Shown here: positions 7,998-15,882 of the stretch, piece after piece | Numbering within the stretch: the stretch's first letter is position 1 | How the letters are laid out: every line of letters begins with the position of its first letter | From: Terriglobales bacterium | Lineage (GTDB): Bacteria > Acidobacteriota > Terriglobia > Terriglobales > Acidobacteriaceae | Assembly (NCBI GenBank): GCA_025980765.1 | Contig: JAICXB010000018.1 | Coordinates: 1,155-65,154 of the forward strand | DNA length: 64,000 nt | Direction: 5' to 3' | Position numbers and translations under genes: made by a program | Notes under the pieces: model-generated | What the model was told of the DNA's origin: nothing | Seen by the model: only the letters and a program-made list of their open reading frames with translations | Database searches by the model: none

Positions 7998-10658
7998 TCA
8001 CTCAAATCGCAGCGCCGCCACCGGACTCACCCGAGTGGCACGTCTTGCCGGAATCCAAACAGCCACGAGTGCGACGGCGCTGAGCAACAGCAGGGTTGCA
8101 ATGAACGCCATTGGGTCCAACGCCTTCACTCCGAACAGGAAGCTGGCGAGGAAATGGGTCAGCCACAGAGCTCCGCCCACACCGATCGCAACGCCTATTG
8201 CAGCCAGAACCATACCCTGCCGGATCACCATGTTGCGGATCGTGGAAGCTTGTGCGCCCAGGGCCATGCGGATGCCAAGCTCCTGGGTGCGTTGCTGCAC
8301 GGAATAGCCCATCAGCCCATAGATGCCGATCGCTGCGACGAACAGCGCCGAAGCGCCAAAGATGACCAGAAGTAGCATGTTGAAACGCTGCCGCGAGGTA
8401 TTAAGCACGACGATTTCATCCATAGTGCGGACATGCGCAACGGGCAGGCCTCCACTGGCCTCGCGCAGCGCGACGGCAAGGGGCTTTACCAGAGGATGCG
8501 GGTCCACAGGACTGCGCACAATCCACATCAATGGCGCGATGCGCGAGTTAAGCGCTGTCACTTTATCCGGCATTTGCGCAATGGGGATGTACATCGCCGG
8601 AGATGGATCGCGATTCAGGCCATCACCGCGCATATCTCCAACAACGCCGACGATCTGCCGCGGCGGTTCAGCAAACACCGATCCCATATTCGCGCCGATC
8701 AACAAACGGTCATTTAGCGGATCGCCAGTGGGCCAGTATTTTCTGGCCATGGCTTGATTGATGATCACCACACCGGGGGCGGAGCCGTCGTCCTGCTCGG
8801 TAAAACTGCGACCGCGCAGAATCGGCACTTTGAACGCATCAAAGTAGCTCCACGAAATGGGCAGATAACCTGCGCCGCCGGAGTTAGGATCGTTGGTCTT
8901 CGGTCGACCAACGATGTCGAACGGCAGGCCAAAGCCGCCGTCCAGTGGCAGGCAGCAGGCAGCGGCCGCAGTTTCTACGCCGGGAATATTCTTCAGCCGC
9001 TCGGCGCCATCCCGGACAACCTGCGCAACGCTGGCGGTGTTTTGAAAACGCTCTCCACTGATCGACATTGCCATGGTCAGCACATTGTGAGTGTCGAAAC
9101 CAGGATCGACCGCCTGCAGCTTCAAGAAGGTGCGGATGAGCAGGGCAGCTCCAACAACCAGAACAAGAGCCAGCGCCACTTCACTGATCACAAGCAGCGA
9201 GCGCACTCTCCCGGTTCGGGAACCGACACCGGCCTGGCTGCTGCTCTCCTTAAGGGCCACAGCGAGGTTAACGCGCGAACTGCTAAGCGCAGGAAACAGA
9301 CCAAAGAAAATTCCCGTCAGTATGGAGACCGCAACAGTGAACAGCAGCACGTTGCCATCGAGATTCACTGCAGAACCGTGTGGCCCGATGCGGGGGATAC
9401 CCCCGGGGCTGATGGCCAGCAAAAGGCGAACTCCGACGAAACCGATGATCAGTCCCAGTAAGCCACCGACCAGCGATATGGCGAGGCTTTCTGTGAGCAG
9501 TTGGCGGATGATGTGGCCGCGTCCAGCGCCCAAAGCAGAACGTGTGGCGAGTTCCCTCTGCCGCGCCGTAGCGCGGATCAAGAGCAGGTTGGCCACATTG
9601 GCACAGGCGATGAGCAGGACAAACGTTACTGCGCCCAGCAGAACCAGAAGAGACAAGCGGCTGTCGCCGACCATAATTTCCTGCAGCGGCACCACCGCGA
9701 ATCCCGCCTTCGGTCCCATCGAACCGGGGTAGGTGTTGCGGAACTGGTCTGCCGCCAGCTTCAGCTCGGCATTCGCCATTGGCACCGTCACACCAGGTTT
9801 GAGCCGTGCCGCAACCTGGAAGTAATGGGCCATGTCCCGCGAATTGAGATTGAATTGATAAGGCAGCCAAAGGTCGGTAGGGGTCGCTGTAAAGAAGTCG
9901 CGGCCGATGATGCCAACCACGAGATAAGGCTGGCCGTCCAGTTGAATGTTGGTGCCGACGATGTTTGGATTGCCGCCCAAGCGACGCTTCCACAGGCCGT
10001 AGCTGAGCACGGTAACGCGACCGCCATTCGGGCTGTCTTCGGCAGCAGTGAAGGTTCGTCCTGCGAGAATGGGCGCGCCGAACAGACGAAAATAGTCGGC
10101 GGTGACGTGCACGCCCTCGAGCTGTTCCGGATCGTTGCCTCCAGTAAGGTTGAGTCCGGCGCCGGCTTGATCGTACCCGGCGACTGCCTCAAAGATCCCC
10201 GTCTGCCGATGCCAGATGTTGAACTTTGGCACGTTTGCGGCGGGGAACAATCCCTGCGGTCCGGTGTTTGCCAACATCACCAGAGACTGTGGATCGGGAT
10301 ACCTGAGCGGCTTCAGCAATACCGTGTTGATGACGGAGAAGACCGCGGTGTTCGCTCCAATCCCGACTGCAATCACCAGAATCGCAATGATTGCGAAGGT
10401 TGGCGATTTGGCAAGGGAGCGCAACGCGAAGCGAAAGTCGCGCCATGCGTCCTCAATCCAGGGAAGCGAACGGTATTCCCACACGCGTTCGCGTATGACC
10501 CGCGGATTGCCGAATTTCAGACGGGCGCGACGACGAGCTTCTTCCGGTGAGAGTCCTCGCGCGATATTTGCATCCACCTCGTGCGCAAGGTGCGCCTCAA
10601 TTTCGTCGGCGAGACGAGCATCTTTTTCGCTTCGCTGCGTGAAACGTCGGAATTTCAT
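7998..10658 (-). CDS. ADOP-family duplicated FtsX/MacB-type ABC transporter permease
   Basis: About 886 aa with two MacB-like periplasmic and FtsX TM modules. N-terminus MKFRRF..DEIEAHL is typical of this family. ATG at 10656-10658 lies 16 nt after the PadR stop. Confidence 0.85.
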   Translation of the reverse strand: MKFRRFTQRSEKDARLADEIEAHLAHEVDANIARGLSPEEARRRARLKFGNPRVIRERVWEYRSLPWIEDAWRDFRFALRSLAKSPTFAIIAILVIAVGIGANTAVFSVINTVLLKPLRYPDPQSLVMLANTGPQGLFPAANVPKFNIWHRQTGIFEAVAGYDQAGAGLNLTGGNDPEQLEGVHVTADYFRLFGAPILAGRTFTAAEDSPNGGRVTVLSYGLWKRRLGGNPNIVGTNIQLDGQPYLVVGIIGRDFFTATPTDLWLPYQFNLNSRDMAHYFQVAARLKPGVTVPMANAELKLAADQFRNTYPGSMGPKAGFAVVPLQEIMVGDSRLSLLVLLGAVTFVLLIACANVANLLLIRATARQRELATRSALGAGRGHIIRQLLTESLAISLVGGLLGLIIGFVGVRLLLAISPGGIPRIGPHGSAVNLDGNVLLFTVAVSILTGIFFGLFPALSSSRVNLAVALKESSSQAGVGSRTGRVRSLLVISEVALALVLVVGAALLIRTFLKLQAVDPGFDTHNVLTMAMSISGERFQNTASVAQVVRDGAERLKNIPGVETAAAACCLPLDGGFGLPFDIVGRPKTNDPNSGGAGYLPISWSYFDAFKVPILRGRSFTEQDDGSAPGVVIINQAMARKYWPTGDPLNDRLLIGANMGSVFAEPPRQIVGVVGDMRGDGLNRDPSPAMYIPIAQMPDKVTALNSRIAPLMWIVRSPVDPHPLVKPLAVALREASGGLPVAHVRTMDEIVVLNTSRQRFNMLLLVIFGASALFVAAIGIYGLMGYSVQQRTQELGIRMALGAQASTIRNMVIRQGMVLAAIGVAIGVGGALWLTHFLASFLFGVKALDPMAFIATLLLLSAVALVAVWIPARRATRVSPVAALRFE

Positions 10659-10674
10659 GATGCTTCTCTCCCTA

Positions 10675-11028
10675 CTATTGTGCTTCTCCAAGAATCAGGC
10701 CGATGGCGCGTGTCATGTGCTTCCAGCGATTGGTCTCGATCGTGAGCTGTTTCCGCCCCTTGGGAGTAAGCCAATAAAACTTTGCCTTGCGGTTGTTTTC
10801 GCTCACCCCCCATTCGGAAGCAAGCAAGCCGCGATCTTCCAGTCGATGAAGCGCCGGGTAAAGCGAACCCTGCTCGATTTCAAGGGCATTCTCCGATGTG
10901 TGCTCTATGACTTCTGCTATGGTGTGGCCGTGAGCGCGACCCGGGAGCAGTGTCCGGAGAATGAGGAGATCCAGAGTTCCCTGCAAAATCTCGCCTGCAA
11001 TGTGCGTGTCTTTGCGCGATATAGGCAT
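10675..11028 (-). CDS. PadR family transcriptional regulator
   Basis: 117 aa with a winged-helix pattern (LDLLILRTL..GRAHGHTIAEVIE..SLYPALHRLEDRGLL). Sits upstream of the ADOP permease in the same operon. Confidence 0.85.
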   Translation of the reverse strand: MPISRKDTHIAGEILQGTLDLLILRTLLPGRAHGHTIAEVIEHTSENALEIEQGSLYPALHRLEDRGLLASEWGVSENNRKAKFYWLTPKGRKQLTIETNRWKHMTRAIGLILGEAQ

Positions 11029-11268
11029 TTCACCTCGAATGTCTAGGTGTCCAAGCTTACTCCACTCGAATGCCTATTGGAAAACCTTTTCGTGAGCATC
11101 TGCTGCAGGAGTGGACATGGGGCGGTGCACATGGCCCAGCGCCAGATCCTTTGTGGATGCCAGCCGCTGACGGCGACCGTCGCTAAATTTGCGGGTTTTT
11201 GGAAAAAATCGGCTGCTCTATATTGCGAAAATGGAATGTGTGAGACTAGAGTTCGGGTTTCCGATTTG

Positions 11269-12099
11269 ATGGAGATGCTGACAAAAGTTACGGTTTCGAA
11301 AGAGGGCGCGATGCTGCCAGGACAGCAGCTTCGAATGCTGCGGGAACGCCTCGGCTTTACCCTCAGAGACGTCGAGCTCGCCAGCCTCGAGCTGGTGCAG
11401 AGATATGAAAACCCGAAATACTGGATCCCACAAAGCCGATTGTCCAATATCGAGAGCAAGGGAATCATACCCAACATCTACCGTCTTCAGGCCTTCGCGC
11501 TCATTTATCGCTGTTGCTTGCTGGAACTGCTGGGGTGGTATGGCATTCAAGCTGGAGCCGAGCCGGCTGGCGAGCCGCCGAACACTTACATCGCGCGAGA
11601 CCTGTCGCCGGAGTTTTGCGATGTGCCGGTCAGCCTCGATCCGCTCTTCGACCCCAGGCGGACCTCGCACTTACGGCGAATGATTCAGGAATGGGGCGCT
11701 CGAGCGTTTGTCAATCTCCGCAAACTCCAAGCGCAGGAATTTACGTACGGATATGTTGGTACCGAGGACTACACCTTATATCCATTGGTGCTGCCTGGAT
11801 CGCTTCTGCAGATCGACACCGCCAGAACGCGAATCGAACCTGGACCATGGAAGTCTGAATTCGAGCGGCCTATTTACTTTCTTGAGACTCACGACGGATT
11901 CCTATTCGGCTGGTGTGCCCTCTTGAGCACCAGAGAGCTACAGCTACAGGCGCATCATCTTTCCGGACTCGCGGCACGGGTATACAGACTTCCGGATCAA
12001 ATTGAAGTTGTCGGACAGGTAGTGGGCGTTGCCAGCAAACTGCGCAGCGCTACACTGAACGGGCCACGAGGGCCTGCAGCGCCGCGAGAACGTATTTGA
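11269..12099 (+). CDS. XRE-family HTH protein with a C-terminal LexA/CI (S24)-like domain lacking an obvious Ser-Lys dyad
   Basis: HTH LRMLRERLGFTLRDVELAS...SRLSNIESKG. The beta-rich C-terminus resembles the S24 fold. Start taken at ATG 11269, but this is uncertain. Confidence 0.55.
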   Translation: MEMLTKVTVSKEGAMLPGQQLRMLRERLGFTLRDVELASLELVQRYENPKYWIPQSRLSNIESKGIIPNIYRLQAFALIYRCCLLELLGWYGIQAGAEPAGEPPNTYIARDLSPEFCDVPVSLDPLFDPRRTSHLRRMIQEWGARAFVNLRKLQAQEFTYGYVGTEDYTLYPLVLPGSLLQIDTARTRIEPGPWKSEFERPIYFLETHDGFLFGWCALLSTRELQLQAHHLSGLAARVYRLPDQIEVVGQVVGVASKLRSATLNGPRGPAAPRERI

Positions 12100-12439
12100 A
12101 ATGCAGATAAATCTGCTCGCCCGATTTTCCAGGGTCAAGGCAGGGCGCCTCCAGGATCCTGCGGAACCATTCAGTGGCGGAGACGTTCTCGCCGTCAGCG
12201 TTAAGCCTGATTTCCATTAACAGCTCGGAAAAATCGGTTTGCAGTACCGTCTCGACGATCAACAGGTGCGCCGAGCGGAATGCGATGTGCGTCGCCTCTT
12301 CTCCGTAGTCCTTTTCCAATCCCCAGTGGCGATACACACCGGGCGCGGTTTGCAATTCCGCCAAATAGGCCAGCCTGGCCAGAGTGCCAGCTACTGCGGA
12401 GACGCTGCGAAAGGCTTCCTCGGCTGCGCTTCGGATCAT
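12050..12439 (-). CDS. hypothetical protein
   Basis: 129-aa ORF with protein-like composition and no motif I recognise. Its 3' end overlaps the convergent XRE gene by 50 nt. Confidence 0.4.
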   Translation of the reverse strand: MIRSAAEEAFRSVSAVAGTLARLAYLAELQTAPGVYRHWGLEKDYGEEATHIAFRSAHLLIVETVLQTDFSELLMEIRLNADGENVSATEWFRRILEAPCLDPGKSGEQIYLHFKYVLAALQALVARSV

Positions 12440-12544
12440 AACGAATTACGAATTTGTAAATTGTAAGCTGAATTTAGTTTTGCAACACATCATTCTTTTG
12501 CCATTGAGAATCGCGGTGCGACCTACATAAGGAGGGTTTGCACC

Positions 12545-12700
12545 GTGAAAAAACTTCGCGCACTAAGCCTCGCTTTTCTGCTTTTCGCTCCCATTGCCGG
12601 ACATCAATTCTCTTCCGGTCCATTTCCGATCCCGATCTGTCCACCCAGCCAGCCCGACTGCTCTCCGCTGCAGGCCCTCGGATCAGCGTTGCCCCGGTGA
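12545..12700 (+). CDS. small (51 aa) predicted secreted Pro/Cys-containing peptide, not in the ORF track
   Basis: GTG at 12545 lies 7 nt after a perfect AGGAGG. Translation is VKKLRALSLAFLLFAPIAGHQFSSGPFPIPICPPSQPDCSPLQALGSALPR, with stop TGA at 12698-12700. It has a signal-peptide-like N-terminus. Confidence 0.45.
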   Translation: MKKLRALSLAFLLFAPIAGHQFSSGPFPIPICPPSQPDCSPLQALGSALPR

Positions 12701-12728
12701 AATCTAGTGGTACTCTGTCCGGAAGGCA

Positions 12729-13469
12729 ATGCCGTCACTGATTTATATTCTGTCGCTGCTTCCGATTCCGGTTCTGGCATGTATAGCCATTGTCATGTAT
12801 CGGCGGAAGCAGCATCTTGTCTACCTTACGTTCTGGATGTACGTCTGCTTCCAATTCCTGAGAATTCTGGCGGAAGGTGTTGTCTTTCGAATTTCCTACC
12901 CTTTGTTTTTTTATTCGTATTGGATTTCTGAAGCGTGTAGTGTGATTCTCGGTTTGTTGCTGCTGCGAGGGATATTCACGGACGTGCTGCGCAATTACTC
13001 TTCGCTCACCAGGGTCCGCCAAATCGGGTATGAGGTTGCTCTCGTAACCTTCTGGAGTATTGGCGCTGTGCTGGTCCTGGCTCGACCCCTGGGCCACACT
13101 CTGCCGCGCATGATCACCAGAGCCGAAGAAGTGGTGAGCTTCACTGCAGTCGGAATGTTCCTGTTTGTGACCGGCGCTTCCATTGTGCTGGGTCTCAAAT
13201 GGACGGCAAAGATTTGCGGCATTGCCGCGGGATTGGGAGTGCTGGGTACCGTCGACCTGCTGGTCTATGCAGCGCTGTCGCGGAAGGTGTTGTCGTTTCC
13301 CACCGCGAGCTGGATAGAAACCATCGCTTTTGATGTTGCCGTCGGAATATTTGCTCTGTATTTCCTGCCGCGGGAAACCGAACCTCCGTCAAGCGACCCG
13401 CCGCCTCCGGGCGTGAGGATCGACTTGTTGCAGTGGGCGCAAAATGCCCGTGGAGCGATTCTGAAATGA
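12729..13469 (+). CDS. integral membrane protein with about 7 TM helices, function unknown
   Basis: 246 aa with seven hydrophobic stretches. Starts 28 nt after the small ORF. Confidence 0.6.
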   Translation: MPSLIYILSLLPIPVLACIAIVMYRRKQHLVYLTFWMYVCFQFLRILAEGVVFRISYPLFFYSYWISEACSVILGLLLLRGIFTDVLRNYSSLTRVRQIGYEVALVTFWSIGAVLVLARPLGHTLPRMITRAEEVVSFTAVGMFLFVTGASIVLGLKWTAKICGIAAGLGVLGTVDLLVYAALSRKVLSFPTASWIETIAFDVAVGIFALYFLPRETEPPSSDPPPPGVRIDLLQWAQNARGAILK

Positions 13470-14011
13470 TGTGGATCGCGATCATTCTCGTTGTCGCAGC
13501 AACGGCTTTATTCGCCATCTATGGGTTGCTGCGCGGCTCGCTTGAGCATCCCCGCAACTTGGCGGAGATGGTGGAGCGTCTGCGCCCGATTAACCCCGCC
13601 TCGCTGCAGCACCTGGCCTCCCGGCGCGAAGACGAATTCCTTCGCAAGCGCATTCCCAACCGGGAATATCGTCGCCTTCGGAATATGCGTATGCAGGCCC
13701 TGCGCGCCTATTACTCCAACGCACTAAAGAACTGTTCACTGCTTCTGGCCTATGGACAGTTGCTGGGCGCGCATGCCGATCCTGTCCATGTGCAATTCGG
13801 TCGTGACCTTTGTCGGGTCACCCTGCAACTCAGATTCGCCTTGTGGCGGGGCTTGGCAGGAGTTTTTTTTTGCGGGTTCGCCCCCTCCCTTTACCCGTAC
13901 CCGCGGGAAATTTTTGATCTATATCACGAAGTCGGCTTTCGTCTCAGCGCGTTCTCCGAGCAATATGCCCCCGGCCTGCACCTGATCATCTCCCAGCAAT
14001 TTTCCCTTTAA
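13466..14011 (+). CDS. single-pass membrane protein, function unknown
   Basis: ATGA start/stop overlap with the preceding gene. N-terminal TM MMWIAIILVVAATALFAIYGLL is followed by a helical soluble part. Confidence 0.5.
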   Translation: MMWIAIILVVAATALFAIYGLLRGSLEHPRNLAEMVERLRPINPASLQHLASRREDEFLRKRIPNREYRRLRNMRMQALRAYYSNALKNCSLLLAYGQLLGAHADPVHVQFGRDLCRVTLQLRFALWRGLAGVFFCGFAPSLYPYPREIFDLYHEVGFRLSAFSEQYAPGLHLIISQQFSL

Positions 14012-14112
14012 GCCGAGCTAATTCGGTAATTCCCTGTCCCTACGTGCGGGCGGCACGCCATCTCCTGAAACTCCGATGGCATCCACATGCTTTAGGCAGG
14101 GAGGTAAAGCGA

Positions 14113-14622
14113 ATGCCGGAAAAAGAGACTGTGGAACGTGCGCGGCAAGACGAACGCGAGGGAAAATCGCCAAGTACTCAGGCAGGCGAATTCGTTCGGG
14201 AAGAGATGCACCATATTCGTGAAGGCAAGCATGGCGCTCGCTCCACCAAGCAGGCCATTGCCATTGGGCTCTCAAAAGCGCGGCGCTCCGGTGTGAAGCT
14301 CGGCGCTCCCAAAAAAGGAAAAGCCAGCGCACAAACCCGCCAGAAAGCCCAGCGCGATCTTCGCAAAGGAAAGTCCGCTGGAAAAAAGAAGACCTCGGCG
14401 AGCCGCTCGCGGGCCACTTCGAAGGCGTTAAAGCGGGAAGGGCGCCAGGCGGCGTCGAAGAAGAATCTTGCGCGCCAGGCCCGGACTGCGGCCAGGACTC
14501 GCGGACACGCCGCTCGCCATCAAGCAGCGTTGAAGGCGGTAGGAACAAAAGGGAAGACCGGCTTGAAAAGAGCGGCGCAGAAAGCGGCGCGGACCCGCGC
14601 CAGCAACCGCCGTGCAGCATAG
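14113..14622 (+). CDS. small conserved N-terminal domain (resembles DUF6496) with a Lys/Arg/Ala-rich histone-H1-like tail
   Basis: ATG at 14113 follows GGGAGG. MPEKETVERARQDEREGKSPSTQAGEFVREEMHHIREGKHGARS is followed by about 110 aa of K/R/A-rich low-complexity sequence. Confidence 0.55.
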   Translation: MPEKETVERARQDEREGKSPSTQAGEFVREEMHHIREGKHGARSTKQAIAIGLSKARRSGVKLGAPKKGKASAQTRQKAQRDLRKGKSAGKKKTSASRSRATSKALKREGRQAASKKNLARQARTAARTRGHAARHQAALKAVGTKGKTGLKRAAQKAARTRASNRRAA

Positions 14623-14659
14623 ACCTGCCCTGGCGCGATAGTACAAAGGAGGCTTGGAT

Positions 14660-15007
14660 ATGGCGGATGATCTCAGGATTACGGTTGATGAAGTAAGAAG
14701 AAGGATGAAACACGGCGAAGATTTCGCATGGATTGACACGCGCAATCCGCAGGCCTGGGCACAATCGGACGTAATGGTGCCGGAAGCGCTTCGCGTTCCT
14801 GTGGAGAACTTTGAGGACCACCTCTATGACATTCCAAAAAACAAGCCGGTTGTCGCGTACTGCACTTGACCGAACGAAGGTTCAAGCGCCAGTTTGGCGC
14901 AAAAGCTTCGCGAGCGTGGCTACAAGAATGTCTGGGCGCTGAAGGGTGGCTTCGATGCCTGGCGCAATGCCGGGTTGCCGGTTGTTTCCAAACAGGAAGC
15001 CGCCTGA
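14660..15007 (+). CDS. single-domain rhodanese-like sulfurtransferase with an in-frame TGA (14867-14869), a candidate selenocysteine codon
   Basis: ATG at 14660 lies 8 nt after AAGGAGG. The ORF stops after VVAYCT, but the same frame continues as PNEGSSASLAQKLRERGYKNVWALKGGFDAWRNAGLPV to TGA 15005-15007, which completes the rhodanese fold. Confidence 0.65.
14875..14910 (+). promoter_or_regulatory. candidate bacterial SECIS-like hairpin
   Basis: Lower stem CGAAG 14875-14879 pairs with CTTCG 14906-14910. Upper stem GCGCCA 14886-14891 pairs with TGGCGC 14895-14900. The apical loop GUU begins 23 nt after the UGA. Confidence 0.4.
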
Positions 15008-15119
15008 GCACGCATCTGGAGAATTGATGTTCGAGGATCGCGAGAGAGTCCGCCTGGGGAAGCAGCGCACCCGAAGGTGGATGCTCTGTAGGGAGGGACC
15101 GCAGGAATTGCTCTGAAGT

Positions 15120-15513
15120 CTAATCTTCAGGTTCGCCTGCCAGTTTAGAAAGTGCCTCGATCAGGGGCTGTGAGACTCCATGCTCGGCGATCACAACTTC
15201 GTCTGCCAAGCTGCGGAATTGGGACTTTTCGTCGGCGGTACAGATCATAACCAAGGGAAGGTTCGGTTTCAGTTCCTTTAGCTCTCGCGCCATGTTCTCT
15301 CTCAGGTGTGCGGGGATCGAATTGCAGAGCACGACCGCATCGAAGTGCCGCTTTTGGGCTAGATCCAAGAGGACAGCTGACTCTTTGGGTTGTGACTACT
15401 TGATAGCCGGCAGCCTGAATCAGAGCATTGCGAGAGCGTAACAAAGCGGAATTGTGCCCCGCCGAAAGGATAGCCTTCTGGTTTTGGGCAATGGAGGGTT
15501 TAGGAGTGCTCAT
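15120..15513 (-). pseudogene. receiver-fold protein (paralog of 4545..5039) interrupted by a 1-nt frameshift, or an assembly error
   Basis: ORF 15145..15513 gives KAILSAGHNSALLRSRNALIQAAGYQVVTTQ. ORF 15120..15368 gives (ESAVL)LDLAQKRHFDAVVLCNSIP...LVMICT. The frames join at the AAA run at 15384-15386. Confidence 0.6.
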
Positions 15514-15522
15514 TAGGAGTGC

Positions 15523-15882
15523 TCATGCGGCTTTGCGCGGATCTCCGAAGAGTTCCCTAAGCGCATTCACCAACTCCTCCGGTTCATGGCTGGAGAGGTG
15601 GTATTCAGCAGCGCCGCAAGGGTAATTGCGATTGGCCGACAGCACGATGATCGGCAGTGAGGCATTGGTCGCCTTAGCCACCGCAACTGCTTTCTCACAA
15701 TCCTTGATCTCAGCAACGACGACCACTGCGTCCACTCTGGGAAAACGCCTGATCAGCTCACTGGCTTCCTGCGTGCTGTACGCGGTTATGACGTTAAATT
15801 TGGCGGTTTCCACCACCAGCTTGCGAACCGAGAGCGCCTCATTCGGCTCCGGTTCCACAATCAGCAGTGTGGGTCTTCCCAT
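15523..15882 (-). CDS. stand-alone receiver-fold protein without a canonical acidic pocket
   Basis: 119 aa. LLIVEPE, DAVVVVAEI and IIVLSA sit at the beta1, beta3 and beta4 positions. Confidence 0.6.
   Translation of the reverse strand: MGRPTLLIVEPEPNEALSVRKLVVETAKFNVITAYSTQEASELIRRFPRVDAVVVVAEIKDCEKAVAVAKATNASLPIIVLSANRNYPCGAAEYHLSSHEPEELVNALRELFGDPRKAA

Noticed and set aside
12538-12741. 67-aa ORF from the track
   Set aside because: Its start abuts the Shine-Dalgarno sequence with no spacing, and it encodes an Arg/Ser-rich product. The alternative 51-codon frame starting at GTG 12545 has correct RBS spacing and a signal-peptide-like product.
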